Shown here piece by piece: positions 58,301 to 64,000 of a stretch of 64,000 nt of DNA; the first letter of the stretch is position 1; each line of letters begins with the position of its first letter. Location of the stretch: positions 9,858,001-9,922,000 of the forward strand of contig OZ059895.1 in NCBI GenBank assembly GCA_964057225.1, in the 5' to 3' direction. The notes beneath the pieces were generated by a model, which did no database searches, was not told the origin of the DNA, and was given only the letters and a program-made list of their open reading frames with translations. The stretch comes from Auanema rhodensis. Taxonomy: Eukaryota; Animalia; Nematoda. Position numbers and translations under genes: made by a program.

Positions 58301-61300
58301 TTATTTCCTATCAAAACAAACATTGTTTAAACACTATACAACTGTGAAACCTTTTTTAATTTATTGTATTTGGAGCTCATAATATTTGATATCATCGAGG
58401 GATCCAGATGGCAGGTGGAAAATTACATAACTAACATGAAATTGGAAAAAAAAGTATAACAAGGAGAAGTATGTTAACGATTGAATATCAGATATTTTCG
58501 CTTACGACCATACCACGATGAAAGTACGCCATACAGCTGATTTTCAATTTTATCTCTTCCGTAACATATGTTTTCAGTTTTCAAGCAGTTTTACTTAAAT
58601 AGCTCAACCAAAGGAGAGCAAATTATCTTCAATCTTATTTCTATATTACAGTTATAAACCAGTAGTTGTTGAACCTTCATCTTAACTTTACTGTTTCTAT
58701 CTATTTCCTATCAAAACAAACATTGTTTAAACACTATACAACTGTGAAACCTTTTTTAATTTATTGTATTTGGAGCTCATAATATTTGATATCATCGAGG
58801 GATCCAGATGGAAGGTGGAAAATTACATAACTAACATGAAATTGGAAAAAAAAGTATAACAAGGAGAAGTATGTTAACGATTGAATATCAGATATTTTCG
58901 CTTACGACCATACCACGATGAAAGTACGCCATACAGCTGATTTTCAATTTTATCTCTTCCGTAACATATGTTTTCAGTTTTCAAGCAGTTTTACTTAAAT
59001 AGCTCAACCAAAGGAGAGCAAATTATCTTCAATTTTATTTCTATATTACAGTTATAAACCAGTAGGTAATGAAACCTTCATCTTGAATTTACTGTTTCTA
59101 TCTATTTCCTATCGAAACAAACATTGTTCAAACACTATGCAACTATGAAACCTTTTTTAATTTATTGTATTTGGAGCTCATAAAATTTGATATCATTGAG
59201 GAATCCAGATGAAACGTGGAAAATTACATAACTAACATGAAATTGGAAAAAAAACTATAACGGGGATAAGTATGTTAACGATTGAATATCAGATATTTTC
59301 GCTTATCGCTATATCACGTTGAAAGTATGCCATACAGCTGATTTTCAATTTTATCTCTTCCGTAACATATGTTTTCAATTTTCAAGCAGTTTCACTTAAA
59401 TAGCTCAACCAAAGGAGAGCAAATTATCTTCAATCTTATTTCTATATTACAGTTATAAACCAGTAGTTGTTGAACCTTCATCTTAACTTTACTGTTTCTA
59501 TCTATTTCCTATCGAAACAAACATTGTTCAAACACTATGCAACTATGAAACCTTTGTTAATTTATTGTATTTGGAGCTCATAAAATTTGATATCATTGAG
59601 GGATCCAGATGAAACGTGGAAAATAACATAACTAACATGGAATTGGAAAAAAAAGTATAACGAGGATAAGTAGGTAAACCATTGAATATCAGATATTTTC
59701 GCTCACGACCATACCACGTTGAAAGTACGCCATACAGCTGATTTTCAATTTTATCTCTTCCGTAACATATGTTTTCAATTTTCAAGCAGTTTTACTTAAA
59801 TAGCTCAACCAAAGGAGAGCAAATTATCTTCAATCTTATTTCTATATTACAGTTATAAACCAGTAGTTGTTGAACCTTATTTCCTATCAAAACAAACATT
59901 GTTTAAACACTATACAACTGTGAAACCTTTTTTAATTTATTGTATTTGGAGCTCATAATATTTGATATCATCGAGGGATCCAGATGGCAGGTGGAAAATT
60001 ACATAACTAACATGAAATTGGAAAAAAAAGTATAACAAGGAGAAGTATGTTAACGATTGAATATCAGATATTTTCGCTTACGACCATACCACGATGAAAG
60101 TACGCCATACAGCTGATTTTCAATTTTATCTCTTCCGTAACATATGTTTTCAGTTTTCAAGCAGTTTTACTTAAATAGCTCAACCAAAGGAGAGCAAATT
60201 ATCTTCAATCTTATTTCTATATTACAGTTATAAACCAGTAGTTGTTGAACCTTCATCTTAACTTTACTGTTTATATCTATTTCCTATCAAAACAAACATT
60301 GTTTAAACACTATACAACTGTGAAACCTTTTTTAATTTATTGTATTTGGAGCTCATAATATTTGATATCATCGAGGGATCCAGATGGAAGGTGGAAAATT
60401 ACATAACTAACATGAAATTGGAAAAAAAAGTATAACAAGGAGAAGTATGTTAACGATTGAATATCAGATATTTTCGCTTACGACCATACCACGATGAAAG
60501 TACGCCATACAGCTGATTTTCAATTTTATCTCTTCCGTAACATATGTTTTCAGTTTTCAAGCAGTTTTACTTAAATAGCTCAACCAAAGGAGAGCAAATT
60601 ATCTTCAATCTTATTTCTATATTACAGTTATAAACCAGTAGTTGTTGAACCTTCATCTTAACTTTACTGTTTCTATCTATTTCCTATCGAAACAAACATT
60701 GTTCAAACACTATGCAACTATGAAACCTTTTTTAATTTATTGTATTTGGAGCTCATAAAATTTGATATCATTGAGGGATCCAGATGAAACGTGGAAAATA
60801 ACATAACTAACATGGAATTGGAAAAAAAAGTATAACGAGGATAAGTAGGTAAACCATTGAATATCAGATATTTTCGCTCACGACCATACCACGTTGAAAG
60901 TACGCCATACAGCTGATTTTCAATTTTATCTCTTCCGTAACATATGTTTTCAATTTTCAAGCAGTTTTACTTAAATAGCTCAACCAAAGGAGAGCAAATT
61001 ATCTTCAATCTTATTTCTATATTACAGTTATAAACCAGTAGTTGTTGAACCTTATTTCCTATCAAAACAAACATTGTTTAAACACTATACAACTGTGAAA
61101 CCTTTTTTAATTTATTGTATTTGGAGCTCATAATATTTGATATCATCGAGGGATCCAGATGGCAGGTGGAAAATTACATAACTAACATGAAATTGGAAAA
61201 AAAAGTATAACAAGGAGAAGTATGTTAACGATTGAATATCAGATATTTTCGCTTACGACCATACCACGATGAAAGTACGCCATACAGCTGATTTTCAATT

Positions 61301-64000
61301 TTATCTCTTCCGTAACATATGTTTTCAGTTTTCAAGCAGTTTTACTTAAATAGCTCAACCAAAGGAGAGCAAATTATCTTCAATCTTATTTCTATATTAC
61401 AGTTATAAACCAGTAGTTGTTGAACCTTCATCTTAACTTTACTGTTTCTATCTATTTCCTATCAAAACAAACATTGTTTAAACACTATACAACTGTAAAA
61501 CCTTTTTTAATTTATTGTATTTGGAGCTCATAATATTTGATATCATCGAGGGATCCAGATGGAAGGTGGAAAATTACATAACTAACATGAAATTGGAAAA
61601 AAAAGTATAACAAGGAGAAGTATGTTAACGATTGAATATCAGATATTTTCGCTTACGACCATACCACGATGAAAGTACGCCATACAGCTGATTTTCAATT
61701 TTATCTCTTCCGTAACATATGTTTTCAATTTTCAAGCAGTTTCACTTAAATAGCTCAACCAAAGGAGAGCAAATTATCTTCAATCTTATTTCTATATTAC
61801 AGTTATAAACCAGTAGTTGTTGAACCTTCATCTTAACTTTACTGTTTCTATCTATTTCCTATCGAAACAAACATTGTTCAAACACTATGCAACTATGAAA
61901 CCTTTTTTAATTTATTGTATTTGGAGCTCATAAAATTTGATATCATTGAGGGATCCAGATGAAACGTGGAAAATAACATAACTAACATGGAATTGGAAAA
62001 AAAAGTATAACGAGGATAAGTAGGTAAACCATTGAATATCAGATATTTTCGCTCACGACCATACCACGTTGAAAGTACGCCATACAGCTGATTTTCAATT
62101 TTATCTCTTCCGTAACATATGTTTTCAATTTTCAAGCAGTTTTACTTAAATAGCTCAACCAAAGGAGAGCAAACTATCTTCAATCTTATTTCTATATTAC
62201 AGTTATAAACCAGTAGTTGTTGAACCTTCATCTTAACTTCACTGTTTCTATCTATTTCCTATCAAAACAAACATTGTTTAAACACTATGCAACTATGAAA
62301 CCTTTTTTAATTTATTGTATTTGGAGCTCATTAGAGTTGATATCATCGAGGGATCCAGATGGAAGGTGGAAAATTACATAACTAACATGAAATTGGAAAA
62401 AAAACTATAACGGGGATAAGTAGGTAAACCATTGAAAATCAGATATTTTCGCTTACGACCATACCACGTTGAAAGTACGCCATACAGCTGATTTTCAATT
62501 TTATCTCTTCCGTAACATATGTTTTCAAATTTCAAGCAGTTTTACTTAAATAGCTCAACCAAAGGAGAGCAAATTATCTTCAATCTTATTTCTATATTAC
62601 AGTTATAAACCAGTAGTTGTTGAACCTTCATCTTAACTTTACTGTTTCTATCTATTTCCTATCAAAACAAACATTGTTTAAACACTATGCAACTATGAAA
62701 CCTTTTTTAATTTATTGTATTTGGAGCTCATAAGAGTTGATATCATCGAGGGATCCAGATGGAAGGTGGAAAATTACATAACTAACATGAAATTGGAAAA
62801 ATAACTATAACGGGGATAAGTATGTTAACGATTGAATATCAGATATTTTCGCTTATCGCTATATCACGTTGAAAGTATGCCATACAGCTGATTTTCAATT
62901 TTATCTCTTCCGTAACATATGTTTTCAATTTTCAAGCAGTTTTACTTAAATAGCTCAACCAAAGGAAAGCAAATTATCTTCAATCTTATTTCTATATTAC
63001 AGTTATAAACCAGTAGTTGTTGAACCTTCATCTTAACTTTACTGTTTCTATCTATTTCCTATCAAAACAAACATTGTTTAAACACTATGCAACTATGAAA
63101 CCTTTTTTAATTTATTGTCTTTGGAGCTCATAAGAGTTGATATCATCGAGGGATCCAGATGGAAGGTGGAAAATTACATAACTAACATGAAATTGGAAAA
63201 ATAACTATAACGGGGATAAGTATGTTAACGATTGAATATCAGATATTTTCGCTTACGACCATACCACGTTGAAATTACGCCATACAGCTGATTTTCAATT
63301 TTATCTCTTCCGTAACATATGTTTTCAATTTTCAAGCACTTTTACTCAGATAGCTCAACCAAAGGAAAGCAAATTATCTTCAATTTTATTTCTATATTAC
63401 AGTTATAAACCAAAAGATAATGAACCTTCATCTTGACTTTAGTGTTTCTATCCATTTCCTATCGAAACAAACATTGTTTAAACACTATGCAACTATGAAA
63501 CATTTTTTAATTTATTATATTTGGAGCTCATAAGAATTGATATCATTGAGGGATCCAGATAAAACGTGGAAAATTATATAACTAACATGAAATTGGAAAA
63601 AAAACTATAACGGGGATAAGTATGTTAACGATTGAATATCAGATATTTTCGCTTATCGCTATATCACGTTGAAAGTATGCCATACAGCTGATTTTCAATT
63701 TTATCTCTTCCGTAACATATGTTTTCAATTTTCAAGCAGTTTTACTTAAATAGCTCAACCAAAGGAGAGCAAATTATCTTCAATCTTATTTCTATATTAC
63801 AGTTATAAACCAGTAGTTGTTGAACCTTCATCTTAACTTTACTGTTTCTATCTATTTCCTATCAAAACAAACATTGTTTAAACACTATGCAACTATGAAA
63901 CCTTTTTTAATTTATTGTATTTGGAGCTCATAAGAGTTGATATCATCGAGGGATCCAGATGGAAGGTGGAAAATTACATAACTAACATGAAATTGGAAAA

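Larger units (their letters stand above)
26457..62855. repeat. Dispersed ~4.9-kb block duplication at offset 31455 (~26457-31400 = ~57912-62855)
   Basis: ORFs 26512/28088/29263/30438 map to 57967/59543/60718/61893 (all +31455). Both copies carry the AGGTAATGAAACC/GAGGAATCC monomer in the same slot. Confidence 0.85.
1..64000. repeat. Satellite DNA: head-to-tail tandem array of a 400-bp AT-rich monomer (~160 copies, single orientation, extends beyond both window edges)
   Basis: The same sequence recurs every 400 bp (e.g. TCAATTTT(C/T)AAGCA at 1, 401, 802, 1202; GGATCC at 227, 627). Period deviations are only +/-1-bp indels and a recurrent 25-bp deletion. I found no non-repeat sequence anywhere. 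Confidence 0.99.

Noticed and set aside
970-62135. 25 ORFs of 62-80 aa (MKIENICYGRDK...) as a protein-coding gene family
   Set aside because: They are the same frame of the satellite monomer and start at TTG rather than ATG. Most monomers have stop codons in this frame. I recognise no domain, and there is no intergenic or regulatory context. They are useful only as markers of one monomer class.
1-64000. CRISPR or other repeat-spacer array
   Set aside because: There are no unique spacers. The entire 400 bp is repeated, and differences are shared SNP haplotypes.
1-64000. Transposon insertion, inversion or telomeric repeat within the array
   Set aside because: I saw no break in periodicity, no reverse-orientation monomer, no terminal repeat or target-site duplication, and no short G-rich telomere motif.

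Overview
The whole 64-kb window is one uninterrupted, head-to-tail tandem array of a 400-bp AT-rich monomer: about 160 copies, all in the same orientation, about 30% GC (119/400 by hand count of copy 1). I see no genes, RNA genes, transposon insertions or inversions, and the array runs off both ends. This is satellite DNA, most plausibly eukaryotic (peri)centromeric or heterochromatic; I cannot name the family or the organism. All 25 ORFs in the track are the same TTG-initiated minus-strand frame, open only in one monomer variant, and are not credible genes. The real information is in the variant pattern. (i) Monomers are mosaics of a few linked two-state sequence modules. (ii) There are nested higher-order repeats: 3-mers of 1175 and 1200 bp, a 5-mer of 1999 bp, a 7-mer of 2798 bp, a 9-mer of 3600 bp, and longer-range duplications at offsets 8752, 9197, 26653 and 31455 bp. 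(iii) The subfamily changes at about 19-20.5 kb. (iv) A 25-bp-deleted 375-bp monomer occurs 11 times, always in the same context. (v) There are conversion-like tracts, islands of more divergent monomers, and many CpG-transition polymorphisms. All comparisons were made by eye, so block boundaries are approximate. I found no evidence for a novel protein-coding system.
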